A stretch of DNA of 63,440 nt, the filler included, from Clostridia bacterium (GTDB lineage: Bacteria > CBDUZB01 > JAGLHV01): NCBI GenBank assembly GCA_030637025.1. It is 6 parts of 6 records of this genome, joined end to end, with 100 filler letters (N's around TTAATTAATTAA, not from the genome) between each part and the next. Parts side by side here need not be neighbours in the genome. Positions count along the whole stretch, not along the records: positions 1 to 3,609 come from DAOVVV010000071.1; positions 3,710 to 31,059 come from DAOVVV010000033.1; 4 more parts are not named here. One strand, given 5' to 3'. The position numbers and the translations under genes were made by a program. Below are positions 1-10,572 of the stretch, piece after piece. Position 1 is the first letter of the stretch. Every line of letters starts with the position of its first letter. The notes below the pieces were generated by a model, which saw nothing but the letters and a program-made list of their open reading frames with translations, made no database searches and had not been told where the DNA came from.

Positions 1-2
1 AA

Positions 3-3000
3 GTTGTTCGAATAACGGAATTTAGAGATTATATTGAATTAATTATTACAGGAAAAAAAGAAAATGGTGATACTATTAGTTTTATTGCCAATATTACACC
101 GGAATACCTCAATGAAAAAATATTAGTTAATATCTTCGAGGAAATGAAGAAATTAGGAGAATTATCGGACTTAAAAGTAGCAGTAGCGGGTAAAAGAAAC
201 AGTATTAAAAAAATTAAAAAGATTTTGGAAACAAATAATTTTCCGGTTTCTGATAATAATATTTTACTGACACATTCAACTACAAACGGAGAAGCTATAC
301 GTTCATCTCTCATAATTATAGTTGGCCAAGACGATATTAGATTAATACACAAAAAGGGACGACATTTAGATTGGGATAGTCTTATAATAAAAGGAGTTCA
401 GGATAGCCGGCAAGAATTAACGGAGATAATAACAACAAAAAAGACACCAGATGTAAACGAATTGGAGGAAACTAAAAATGACTTGTCAATCTTTTTGGAA
501 AACATAGATAATCTTAATGAAAATCAAAGATTAATCTTGGAATCAGCTATTAGTAATGGATTTGTTTGTTTTAATAACGACATACTTAGATCTGACCAAA
601 AAATAGCAGTTGTGGGCAAGTATAAACTGCATAGAGCTATAAAAGGGCTTAAAAAATTAGGATGGCTTACAATTCCGACCAAAGGGTGTTATATTTTAAG
701 CAAAAAACTAATCAATGATTTGCGGGAATCTCAACTACTCAATGATGAGGGGTACGAAGAATGGATGGATATTGTAAATATGGAACAAATATTTAACAAA
801 TTTGTCTATACTAAAGAAATTGCAGATTCCTATGGCTATCGGGAAGGTACGAAATTAACCGGTGAAGACAGAGAGTTTATGTTGGCAATTTTGGAACTGG
901 CTAAAGAAGGAGAAATTATTTTTGAACCGGATAAGTTGAGAAACAAATTTTCCTCTTTAAAAGACAAATATAGTAGAAAACATTTTCAGAATTTCTTTGC
1001 TGTTTTGGAAAAATGTAATTTGTTGTATAGTCCGGTGAAAGAACGATATTTACTAAGTAGCCGATTTATAGATAAACTAAAAGAAAAAGGACTTATAACA
1101 GATGTTTTTTATGAGAAATATATAATAGTTTTAAAAAGAGAAAAATTATTTAATCGGTTTGTCTATCAAAATGATACAGGATGGATAATTGAAGGGCGTA
1201 GCTTAATTAATCAGGATAGAAATGTTGCAACAAGAATGATAGATATAATGCCTTTGTTAGAAGGACCTTTTGATATTAAAAAATTATTTAATTTATATGA
1301 AGACATTGATAAAAAACAACTTGGTATATCGTTGGGTAATTTAACAAATGCAGATATTTTATACAGTCCGGTAGCAAACAGATATTTATTTAGCAAAGAG
1401 TTTATTGATTTGTTATTTAAAGAAGGGTTTATTGATAAAGTTACCCAAGACAAATGGAATAATTTATTAATACGGGAAAATATGTATAAGCTTCAAACCG
1501 ATAAAGTAAAAGGTATCTTGACAGCGGCAACATTTAAAGTTCTTGATGTTATCGTTGATAACAAATTAGATAAATTTACAAGAAAAAGTATTTCCGAAGA
1601 TTTTCTTCCTGATATGTCAATAAATACAGTCAAAAAATCTTTAAAACTACTCAAGGAAACGGAATTTATTACACGTGATGACGAAAGTACTTATCATGTT
1701 ATTTGGACAATAGAAAATATTCAAAAGGATAAGTTTTTGGGGATTATTACAGAATTGGAAAAGGAAGCTGATTTGGAACCGGATTTTAACAAGGCAAAGC
1801 AGCTATATGAAGAAATTATAGAAAAATGTTTTGAAATTAAGAAAGGGGAGCCTGATTATCCATTGGTGCAGAAAATTATTAACCGTTGTTTGGGAGAAAT
1901 TGATAATAGAGGAAGTAAGCTTATTCAAGAAAAAACGGGATTAGATTTTTTTGAAGCTCAGATTTTATTCTATGTCCTTCAGGGATTATTCCAAAAGGAC
2001 ATAAGACAAAAAACAGAGACTGGCATAAGGAGATTGAATGTAATAAATAAGAAGCTTACGAAGGAAGGATGGATAAAAATAGGGAGAAAAGGCATAGAAC
2101 CGGGAGATAAAGCCAGGGAACTTTTTGGTGAAACGTTTGAAGAATTAACTCAGGATGCGGAATTTGTAAAAATTGAACAAATACTTCTCGATTTAGACTT
2201 GCCGGTCACTGATGGAAACATTGCAAAAGTAAAAATATTACTAAAAAACGAATTTCCTGTAACCGCGCTTATTATGGAAAGAAATCGATTAGAGAGTATG
2301 CAAGAGAAAATAAACCTATTTAAGGAATATGAGTCAATAAGTGGTAAAGAAATGAGTAAAGGTAATTACATGTTGAATTCATTAAAAGAAATTGAATTAG
2401 CTCTGGAAATTATTAAGAAGGCTTCCGAAAGAAAGATAAATATTTCTTTTCAAGAGAGTAAAGGCTTAGTATTAATCAGAGGAAAAAAAGGTTTTCTTGA
2501 TGATTTAAATAAATTTGTTAATAAAAAAAGAACAACAATTACGGAAGAGAAAGAACTAACGGCTTCAGAAATGAAAGCTGAAAGGGAAATAGTTGGCAGG
2601 AGATTATTAAAAGCAGCATTAATATGGCCGGAAAGATTTCGTGAAATTTTTAAAGAACTGGAGAAAAATGAACATATTGAAGAAAAAACGATAGAATTTA
2701 TTAATATTCTTTACGAATTCCCGGAATTTTTTGAAATACTTAAAGTTTTAAATAAAGTAGAACTTATTTCAACAGAAGAGGCAGTAAAACAACTTCAAAA
2801 ATATCACGAAGAAGAGTTTGCCCAAAAAGTATTGGTTTTTATTTCGGGAAAAGAAAATATTATCAAAGAAGAGGTTTTAGAGGGATTAGCGAATAATTTG
2901 TTCAATGCTTATCGAAGACAGGATAATGGCAAAATTATATTATTGGGAAAAAGGAGTGATACTAAAAGGGCAGAAATTAAACAAAAAGAAGTACAGGGTT

Positions 3001-3609
3001 TAAAAACAAAACAAGGTGATCAGGCACAGATTATGCCATTGAGTATATTAGCTGTTTTTCCGTTGTTGATATTTATTGCTGCTATTGGAATGTCGTTATT
3101 AGGAATAGGTTTGCCGGGGATAGGGATAGGAATATTAGGTATTGTGGTGAGCATATTAAGGTTAAGATGGATGAAGCAGTCAATAGAAACAAGGGCGGGT
3201 CCTGATATAAGTTTTGAAGGGGAAGAAGGGAAGATTAATCAGAAAAATGTAAGTTTCTTAAATCATCAGTTACATATTATTAATCCGCGAAGAAACAAAC
3301 CATTTAAACAATTTCTAAGAATGAATATAGATGATTTAAAGAAATCTTCTACCATAAAAGAAATACTCACCCTAAAAGTAGAACAAACCAATAAAAAAGC
3401 AGAAATTCCGCATAATACTAAAACATATGAGAGGAACTTACCTTTAGTAACCAAAAGGTTAAAAGAAATAGGAATAGAGGAATTAGATGCTGATTGTTTT
3501 ACTAACTATTTGTTTATGAACCCGGATAAACTGAATAGTGAAAGAAATATTGATAATTTATGTCAGGAAGCATCCAATATTTATTTTGCTCTTTACCAGA
3601 AGGAAGTAA
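3..3609 (+). CDS. Internal fragment of a very large protein (open at both contig ends): tandem winged-helix-like repeats, helical region, TM hairpin, RAGP motif
   Basis: Frame 3 is open from base 3 to the gap. Repeats of about 112-119 aa (LTIPTKGCYILS / LYSPVKERYLLS / LYSPVANRYLFS). Hydrophobic hairpin at about 3039-3158. Confidence 0.8.
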
Positions 3610-3709
3610 NNNNNNNNNNNNNNNNNNNNNNNNNNNNNNNNNNNNNNNNNNNNTTAATTAATTAANNNNNNNNNNNNNNNNNNNNNNNNNNNNNNNNNNN
3701 NNNNNNNNN
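3610..3709. other. Artificial contig linker
   Basis: N44-TTAATTAATTAA-N44, six-frame stop spacer. Confidence 0.99.
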
Positions 3710-3822
3710 AAATGGAAATAGAATTAATTACTCCGATAGCAATGGAGAAAGAATTAAGATTTGCTATACGAGAGGGTGGACATACCATAGGAGCCGGAGT
3801 AGTAAGTGAGATTATAAAATAA
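3710..3822 (+). CDS. tuf: Elongation factor Tu, C-terminal fragment
   Basis: Translates as [36 protein letters not shown]. Confidence 0.97.
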
Positions 3823-3841
3823 ATTATTCAGGTGGGTAATA

Positions 3842-4006
3842 ATGGCTAAAAAGAAAGAAATAGTAACAGTGGCACTTGTTTGTAGTAAATGTAAAAGACG
3901 AAATTATTCTATAAAGAAAAATAAAAAAAGAAGTTCAGGGAAAATAGAAGTAAAAAAATATTGTAGCTCATGCAGAGAACACATATTGCATAAAGAAACA
4001 AAGTAA
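3842..4006 (+). CDS. rpmG: 50S ribosomal protein L33 (Zn-ribbon type), not in ORF track
   Basis: MAKKKEIVTVALVCSKCKRRNYS...KKYCSSCREHILHKETK*, directly after tuf. Confidence 0.95.
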   Translation: MAKKKEIVTVALVCSKCKRRNYSIKKNKKRSSGKIEVKKYCSSCREHILHKETK

Positions 4007-4015
4007 TTAAGGTTT

Positions 4016-4088
4016 GGGAGTGTCCGTTAATTGGCTAAACGACCGGTCTCCAAAACCGGCCCTGAAGGTTCGAGTCCTTCCACTCCCG
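4016..4088 (+). tRNA. trnW: tRNA-Trp(CCA), no encoded CCA end
   Basis: Acceptor GGGAGTG/CACTCCC, anticodon arm CCGGT-CTCCAAA-ACCGG, T arm GAAGG-TTCGAGT-CCTTC. Confidence 0.92.
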
Positions 4089-4181
4089 TATTTATTGGTT
4101 TGTTTTATTATTTGTAGGTTTTCATTTGCTTTTTATTGAGAAGAATAGTTTTATTTTATAAATAGTATTTAAAAAAATACC

Positions 4182-4210
4182 TTGAAACTGTTTTCATCTT
4201 TGTATACAAT
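4182..4210 (+). promoter_or_regulatory. Putative sigma70 promoter
   Basis: TTGAAA-17-TACAAT upstream of the 4249 CDS. Confidence 0.5.
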
Positions 4211-4248
4211 GTTTATTATAGAGTTAAATGAGTTATATAGGGGGCTGA

Positions 4249-5334
4249 ATGAAAGTTTTTTTTAGATGGTTTATTTTGTTAAATATAAGCTTATTTCTAA
4301 TGGTTAATTTTTTAAATGCGGAAGAAGGAGTAAAATCACTTTTTAAAAAAGGGGAAGAATTATATCGTAAAGGTGATATTGAAGAATCTATTGTTTATCT
4401 TGAAAGAGCATTTGTTCTTGATAAAAAGAATAAAAAGACAAAGACTTTATTGATTCAGATTTTAAAAGAAACAGGGGATAAGTATTTTAATGAAGGGAAT
4501 GATTTAAAAGCTTTGGTCTGTTTTAAAAAAGCTATCAATTTACAACCCGGGAATGAAGACTTGCAACATTTATGCTGGACAATCGAAGATAAAATAACTT
4601 TACCTTTTTTTGCGGTTCATTTTCAAAATACTTGTGATGGAATGATTAGGGATTTTACTGCAAATTTGAGAAAAGGTATGATTATTAACGGTAGTGTTTG
4701 TATCTGTGTTTTATTTGGGGGGGGAATTGTTTTTCTTCTTTTTCTTTCACGCGGTAATAAAAAAAGGGAGCAGATTATAATAGAAGAATGGAGGAAATTA
4801 CGGACAAATTTACATTCTAAAGAGGAGTTTTATAAAAAACAACAAGAACAAATGCTCAGAATGATACAGGAAGAAAATATTTTAGTGAGTGAAGCCAGTG
4901 CAAGATTAGCCACAAAACAATCTTTTACTATTAAAGAAATGATTGCTGATGGTAATCCATATATTAGAGCACGTGGGGTGGAAGTATTAGGAGAAGAATT
5001 AATGATTGAGAAAGATAGTTCTATTGTTGAGAAATTATTAGTTCCGTTTTTAAGTGATAAAAATAATCGAGTAAGGGGTAATGCGGCAAAAGCCCTTTAC
5101 TCACACAATAAAGAATTAGCCTTGAAGTGTTTAAAAGAAATGTCTCAAAATAAAGATCAGTGGATGCGAGCCAGTGCAGCCTGGGCATTAGGTGAAATTG
5201 GAGGACAAGAAGCAACTAAAATATTATTAACTTTATTAGAAGATGCTGATTATAATGTACAGAAACGGGTTTTAAAGTCTTTGGTTGTAGCCAGAACTAA
5301 AAAAGAAAAAAGCAATGAAAAGAAAAAAGAATAA
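4249..5334 (+). CDS. Membrane protein: signal peptide, TPR, TM, HEAT repeats
   Basis: TPR motifs in the N-terminal part; HEAT/PBS motifs (DKNNRVRGNAAKAL, MRASAAWALGEIG). Confidence 0.8.
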   Translation: MKVFFRWFILLNISLFLMVNFLNAEEGVKSLFKKGEELYRKGDIEESIVYLERAFVLDKKNKKTKTLLIQILKETGDKYFNEGNDLKALVCFKKAINLQPGNEDLQHLCWTIEDKITLPFFAVHFQNTCDGMIRDFTANLRKGMIINGSVCICVLFGGGIVFLLFLSRGNKKREQIIIEEWRKLRTNLHSKEEFYKKQQEQMLRMIQEENILVSEASARLATKQSFTIKEMIADGNPYIRARGVEVLGEELMIEKDSSIVEKLLVPFLSDKNNRVRGNAAKALYSHNKELALKCLKEMSQNKDQWMRASAAWALGEIGGQEATKILLTLLEDADYNVQKRVLKSLVVARTKKEKSNEKKKE

Positions 5335-5419
5335 AATATAAAAGGGAATAGGTAAGTGTTTTTTCTTGACTTTATCGTAGAAATAATTATAATAAATAAA
5401 ATATAGAAGTAAGAAGTTG

Positions 5420-5506
5420 GCCGGGATGGCGGAATAGGGAGACGCAAGGGACTTAAAATCCCTCGAACTGAATAAGTTCGTGCCGGTTCGACCCCGGCTC
5501 CCGGCA
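5420..5506 (+). tRNA. trnL: tRNA-Leu(TAA)
   Basis: GCCGGGA/TCCCGGC acceptor, AGGGA-CTTAAAA-TCCCT anticodon arm, long variable arm. Confidence 0.95.
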
Positions 5507-5553
5507 TAGCTGGGGAAAATAATAGAAAATTAAAGTTTTTATAAATATAATAT

Positions 5554-5630
<77 letters not shown>

Positions 5631-5649
5631 TTTTTTATTTTAAAAAAAA

Positions 5650-6072
5650 TTACCAGGAAGAAAAGGGAGAGCCCTTAAGGTCTGTATGTATACAGTCTAA
5701 AAATATTTTGCCCCACTGAGGATGAGTTTCTGTCCAATATCCCCATCCACCAGTATCACCTGAAACCCCACCGTAATCTTGGATGCTATCACAAGGTGGA
5801 TGATTGTGGCAGTAACAAAGAGGTTTGTTATCTAAATATTTAGGAATAAGAGAAGAGACAGGGTTACCGTAGGGATAAAACCCTTCGTTATCCATATAGT
5901 AAATGCTGATACTGGTTCTTAGTATGGCAAGGTTTCCTTTAGTAATTGCTTCATGTGATTTACGGGTTAGGTTAGCAAATTTAGGTGTGCCAATAGTTGC
6001 AAGTAAAGCAATAATAGCTATTGTAATCATCAGCTCAATTAAAGTAAAACCGTTTGTTTTTATTTTTATCAT
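5650..6072 (-). CDS. Prepilin-type N-terminal cleavage/methylation protein (GspG/pilin-like)
   Basis: G|FTLIELMITIAIIALLA motif; PKFANLTRKSHEAITKGNL. Confidence 0.9.
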   Translation of the reverse strand: MIKIKTNGFTLIELMITIAIIALLATIGTPKFANLTRKSHEAITKGNLAILRTSISIYYMDNEGFYPYGNPVSSLIPKYLDNKPLCYCHNHPPCDSIQDYGGVSGDTGGWGYWTETHPQWGKIFLDCIHTDLKGSPFSSW

Positions 6073-6187
6073 TGTTTTGTTTTTATGTGTTTTTTATTAT
6101 TAATTATTTTAATATTTTTTGTTATTGTTTGTCAAATATTTTTTTCTTATTGAAAAGAATTTAAAAGTAAAAAATAGGAGTGAAAAG

Positions 6188-6727
6188 ATGAAATTAGGAG
6201 GAAAAATAAGAGAAGTGCGGTTGCGAAAAAGTTTAACGCTGGAAGATTTAGCTAAGCGGACACGATTAACAATTAGTTTTCTTTCTCAAGTAGAGAGGGA
6301 TATTGCTTCTCCATCGGTTCAATCCTTAAGAGAAATAGCGAAAGCATTAAGTGTCAGAATTAGTTCTTTTTTTGAAGAGGAAGAGACAAGAGAAACTATT
6401 TTTATTAGACGAAAAAGAGAAAAAGGATTTGTTGATAGAAAGATAATTCCAGGATGTGAAGCTTTAGCTTCTGATATTTTAAATATAAAAATGGAGCCGT
6501 TACTTTTTAATCTGGCTAAAGGAAAAGAAACGGGAAATTTATTGAGCAGACATGAAGGTGAAGAATTTGGATTGGTGATTAAGGGAAAAGTAGAAATTTG
6601 TGTTAATGATAAAAAGTATACTATGGAGGCAGGAGACAGTATTTATTTTATTTCGCCTAAAAAACATAAAATATTGAATGTTAGTGAAGAGAAAGCAGTA
6701 ATTTTATGGGTTATGTTAAAGGGGTAG
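6188..6727 (+). CDS. XRE-family HTH plus cupin regulator (PuuR-like)
   Basis: LTLEDLAKRTRLTISFLSQVER HTH; HEGEEFGLVIKG cupin; ATG after GGAG. Confidence 0.9.
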   Translation: MKLGGKIREVRLRKSLTLEDLAKRTRLTISFLSQVERDIASPSVQSLREIAKALSVRISSFFEEEETRETIFIRRKREKGFVDRKIIPGCEALASDILNIKMEPLLFNLAKGKETGNLLSRHEGEEFGLVIKGKVEICVNDKKYTMEAGDSIYFISPKKHKILNVSEEKAVILWVMLKG

Positions 6728-7119
6728 GTGTCTTTTTTTTTAGAGAGTAGGCATAATATAAGAGAAGGGGGAATTTTTTTTTGGCAATTTTTTAAACTTA
6801 TATTGATAATAATTTGGTAATACTTAAAATAAGCACTTTTTGTTATTATTCTTTTGAAGATGAAGTGTGGTAAAATAATTTACAGGTATTGCTGAAAGAT
6901 TAAGTTATTTATAGGGAAAAGGTGTTGGGAAGTGCTGTTTTTTACCGGAATGGATGTTGAATAGTATAAGAAAAAAGAAAATAAAAAAATGTTTTTTTAA
7001 GTCTTAATAAATTTTTAACGTTCTTGTAATATGATTGTAATAAACAAAAGATATAGTAAATTATGGGTTTATAAACTTTTTTTGAGAAAAAAACTTTATA
7101 GAAAAAAAAGGAGAGGGAA

Positions 7120-7566
7120 ATGAAAAAAGAAATAAGGAAAAGATCTATAATTTTAAGAAAACACGAAAAATATAAACAGAAAGACAAGCACTTTTTTGCT
7201 TTTTGTAAATATCCTTTCAAAAGAAGAATATTAGATTTAAAAGGAAAGCCTGTTGAAATCGAGGAAAATATTGTGCGGGAGATAGATGGAGAAGGAATGG
7301 TGATTGAAAGGGAAAAGTTTATTTCTCCTTTTGAGAAAATATCGATGGAGATATATGTCCCGATACAAGAAGAAAAGGTTATAGTTTCTGTTTTTGCCGG
7401 GGGAGAAATAACATGGGTAAAGAAAATAGAAAAAAATAATTGTTGTCGAGGGAGTAATAAATACCAAATAGGAATAAAATTTAATGATATTAGGGACGAG
7501 GATAGACAAAATATTATTAAATGTGTTAAGAAAAAAAAAATTGTTTCGAATAAAACCAAACATTAA
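7120..7566 (+). CDS. PilZ-like domain protein (degenerate c-di-GMP motifs)
   Basis: GEITWVKK...YQIGIKFNDI..EDRQNI PilZ-type C-terminus. Confidence 0.65.
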   Translation: MKKEIRKRSIILRKHEKYKQKDKHFFAFCKYPFKRRILDLKGKPVEIEENIVREIDGEGMVIEREKFISPFEKISMEIYVPIQEEKVIVSVFAGGEITWVKKIEKNNCCRGSNKYQIGIKFNDIRDEDRQNIIKCVKKKKIVSNKTKH

Positions 7567-7608
7567 AACGTCTAATATTTATTACCACTCAGTAATTAAA
7601 TCATCATT

Positions 7609-9087
7609 ATGTTTAAACCAATAAAAGTTAATTTGTTTTTTAAATTCGTCCTGATTATTTTTTTTGTGAATATTCTTCCTTTTGTTATTTTGATGTGGTT
7701 TTCAAAGGGTAAAGAAATTAAAATCATGAAGGAAGAACTGGAATCAAGAGCTAATTTTTTGGCTACAGAACTTGCCTCTGAAAGTAAATATGGAATATTA
7801 AATAATAATAAAGAATTTCTGGATAGTCTGATTCAACGACTAATATTAAATGAAAAAGATATTATTTTAGTTAGAATTAGAGATGAAAAGGGGCAAGTTT
7901 TAGCTGAAAAAAGAAAAAAAGAGGAGAATCTTCCTTTTAGATTTAGTATTTCGGTTCCCATTAGGTTAAAAAAATTTTTTATATATAAAAAATATCCAAA
8001 AGTTTCTTCTCAAGAACAAATTGAACAGGAGATAGGAAAAGATATAGGGAAAGTAGATTTAAGTATTTCCATTCCTGATATGTATATGTTGAAAGCAAAG
8101 AAAGCAAGAAAAGAGTTTTTTTTCTTGTTTTTTTTAATTATTAGTATAGATTTAATCGGTGGTGTTTTTTTAATAAAGATTACTGTTGACCCCCTTAAAA
8201 ATTTAGTAAAAGGCACCCAAAAGATTGCTAAAGGTGACCTGGATTATCAGGTGGAAATTTCTTCCTCGGATGAAATAGGGGTTTTGACTCATTCCTTTAA
8301 TGAAATGACGAAAAAATTAAAAAATACTCAAAATAGTTTGATACAAAGAGGAAAAAAACTGGAAGGAAAAAGCCACCAATTAAAATTAAAAAACAAAGAA
8401 ATGGAGGTGTTTATTTATAGCGTGTCACATGATTTAAAAGCTCCTTTAGTTGTAATAGATGGATTTGCAGCAAATTTACTGGTTAATTGCCAAAACAAAT
8501 TAACGAAAAAAAATATCTATTATTTGCAGCGGATTCGTACTAATGTTAATCAAATGGAATTTTTGATAGAGGATTTATTGGAACTTTCTCGTATCGGGCA
8601 GGTTGTAGAAAAATTAGAATTTGTAGATGCAACAAAGATAATAGGATTGTCCAGAGAAATGTTTGCTTCTGCTTTGGAACAAAAAAAGATAAAGTTTTTT
8701 TTAAAAGGTCCTTTTCCCTTAATTTGGGGAGAACGCAATAGAATTAAACAGGTATTTGATAATTTAATTGGTAATGCTATCAAGTTTATCGGTGACAAAA
8801 AATATCCGGAAATTGAGATAGGGTTTGATAATAAAGACGAATGTTATTGGACATTTTATGTTAAAGATACAGGTATTGGTATGTCTGATAAATATTATGA
8901 GAAAATCTTTGGAGTTTTTCATCGGTTAAAAGATATAGAAACAGAAGGGACGGGGGTTGGATTGTCAATTGTAAAGAAGATTATTAATAGTTTTGGTGGA
9001 AAAATTTGGGTAGAATCAGAGGAAGGAAAAGGAACTATTTTTTATTTTACTTTGTTAAAAAAAGCAAAAGATGATTTGTCTGTTTAA
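7609..9087 (+). CDS. Membrane sensor histidine kinase (HAMP-HisKA-HATPase); no adjacent response regulator
   Basis: VSHDLKAPL H-box, NLIGNAIKF N-box, DTGIG, GTGVGL. Confidence 0.95.
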   Translation: MFKPIKVNLFFKFVLIIFFVNILPFVILMWFSKGKEIKIMKEELESRANFLATELASESKYGILNNNKEFLDSLIQRLILNEKDIILVRIRDEKGQVLAEKRKKEENLPFRFSISVPIRLKKFFIYKKYPKVSSQEQIEQEIGKDIGKVDLSISIPDMYMLKAKKARKEFFFLFFLIISIDLIGGVFLIKITVDPLKNLVKGTQKIAKGDLDYQVEISSSDEIGVLTHSFNEMTKKLKNTQNSLIQRGKKLEGKSHQLKLKNKEMEVFIYSVSHDLKAPLVVIDGFAANLLVNCQNKLTKKNIYYLQRIRTNVNQMEFLIEDLLELSRIGQVVEKLEFVDATKIIGLSREMFASALEQKKIKFFLKGPFPLIWGERNRIKQVFDNLIGNAIKFIGDKKYPEIEIGFDNKDECYWTFYVKDTGIGMSDKYYEKIFGVFHRLKDIETEGTGVGLSIVKKIINSFGGKIWVESEEGKGTIFYFTLLKKAKDDLSV

Positions 9088-9172
9088 TCTATAAAAGTGT
9101 TTTTAGGAGAAGCAATAAAAAAATCGAAGACTGTAAGGAGTCTAAGGGTCTATGTTTCAATTCCTGCAGTTA

Positions 9173-9329
9173 TGCTGAAAAAAACTCTGTAGTCGAATTG
9201 ATTCTGAGCACTTTGCTTTGTTTAACATAAACTCCCTTAAAGAGAGTCGAAGGGTCCCGTAGCTTGCTGTGCAAAAGTTATGTGAGATAAGCCTCCGATA
9301 CCCCGCAGCTTGCTGCGGGGTAGTTTATT
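9173..9329. repeat. Composite palindromic repeat, copy 1 (copy 2 at 43548)
   Basis: TCTGTAGTCGAATTG..CTGAGCA, CATAAACTCCCTT..GAGTCGAAGGGTC and the hairpin CCCCGCAGCTTGCTGCGGGG-TAGTTTATT are shared with 43548-43684. Confidence 0.8.
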
Positions 9330-9401
9330 TTCTCCAATTTTTTTATTATTTATGAAATATTAATTGAGAGTTGTGGATTAAATTATGCTTTTCCTTTTAC
9401 C

Positions 9402-9431
9402 TTGACAAATATTTTTTTTTTCTTGTATAAT
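9402..9431 (+). promoter_or_regulatory. Putative sigma70 promoter
   Basis: TTGACA-18-TATAAT. Confidence 0.6.
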
Positions 9432-9554
9432 ATCTTGAAACTAAATGGTAGGTTGTAATATAAAGCCATGTACAATAGCTATTATAAGGCTATATTTTTC
9501 TCAAAAGTGCTCGTTTGTTTTTTTTTTAAATAATAATAAAAGGAAGGAATAAAA

Positions 9555-10562
9555 TTGATGTTATTAAAAAAATGTTGTTATATTCTGCTGGTTTCTTTTT
9601 TAATGATGGTAAATATCAATTTTCACGGATATGCAATAGAAGAACAAGTTATAATCGAACAAAACAAGAAAGAATTAGTAACAGGGGAACAAACCAAAAA
9701 TGAAGAAGCAGAAAACAGTCCGGATGCCGGAATAATAGAGAACTACGAGTATAGTAGTGTGGTTGGAAAATTAAGGAATAAAAATACTAAAATTCGTTTG
9801 GATGCAGTAAAAGAATTGAGCATAAGGGGAACGGAAGAAGTAGTATCTTTTTTGGTTAATGCTCTGGAAGATAGTGAAATTGAAATCCGTTTAGAGAGCA
9901 TTGTTGCCCTGGAGAAAATAGGTGGGGAGGAAGCTATCCGGGGAATAGTAGAAAAGGGTTTAAAGGGCAATAATGAAAAAGTTCGTTTAGCTGCTATTAA
10001 TTCATTAGTGAAAATTTCCGGAAGATCGGCAATTTCTTCTTTAAAAAAACAATTATTAATTGAAAAAAATAGTAGGATAAGATTTCATATAATTAATTTA
10101 TTTGCAATAATTGGGAATGATGATGTTATTCCGATATTGGTTAAATGTTTAAGGGATTCCAATTTGAAAATTCAATTAATTACGATAAAAACCCTTGCTC
10201 TAATCGGAACACCTTTAGCTGTTTCTGCTTTAATTAATTGTTTAGAAAATGAAGAAAACAAAGAAGAAGTTTCTATTGCCATAGTAAATACTTTAGGAAT
10301 AATACACAGTAGAGATGCCGTACCGGTATTAATTAGAATGGCTGCTTTTGGGGGTAAATCAGAAATTAGTGCAGCAGCAGTTGAAAGTTTAGGAATTATC
10401 GGAGATAAGAGAGCAATGCCTGTTTTGAATGAATTGTTATTTTATGGAAATGTACGATTTGAAAGATCTATTAAGGAAGCAATAAGTAAAATCTTAAAAA
10501 TAAATGCTTTGATTAAACTTAAAAAACGTAAAAATTTAAGAAAAAAAGAAAATAGTTTTTAA
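9555..10562 (+). CDS. Exported HEAT/PBS-lyase repeat protein
   Basis: Signal peptide plus repeated IRL.A..AL..IG motifs. Confidence 0.85.
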   Translation: MMLLKKCCYILLVSFLMMVNINFHGYAIEEQVIIEQNKKELVTGEQTKNEEAENSPDAGIIENYEYSSVVGKLRNKNTKIRLDAVKELSIRGTEEVVSFLVNALEDSEIEIRLESIVALEKIGGEEAIRGIVEKGLKGNNEKVRLAAINSLVKISGRSAISSLKKQLLIEKNSRIRFHIINLFAIIGNDDVIPILVKCLRDSNLKIQLITIKTLALIGTPLAVSALINCLENEENKEEVSIAIVNTLGIIHSRDAVPVLIRMAAFGGKSEISAAAVESLGIIGDKRAMPVLNELLFYGNVRFERSIKEAISKILKINALIKLKKRKNLRKKENSF

Positions 10563-10572
10563 GGAGTGAAAC

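Noticed and set aside
3610-3709. Recurrent TTAATTAATTAA palindrome in N runs, and gene adjacency across gaps
   Set aside because: Artificial linker; order across linkers has no biological meaning.
4016-4088. Genome-wide TGA recoding
   Set aside because: TGA ends several genes at expected positions (e.g. 22821, 37733, 50994) and conserved genes show no in-frame TGA.
6942-7563. Antisense ORFs (205 and 108 aa), and similar ones such as 42620-43090
   Set aside because: F/I/L-rich shadows of A-rich coding strands with no motifs.
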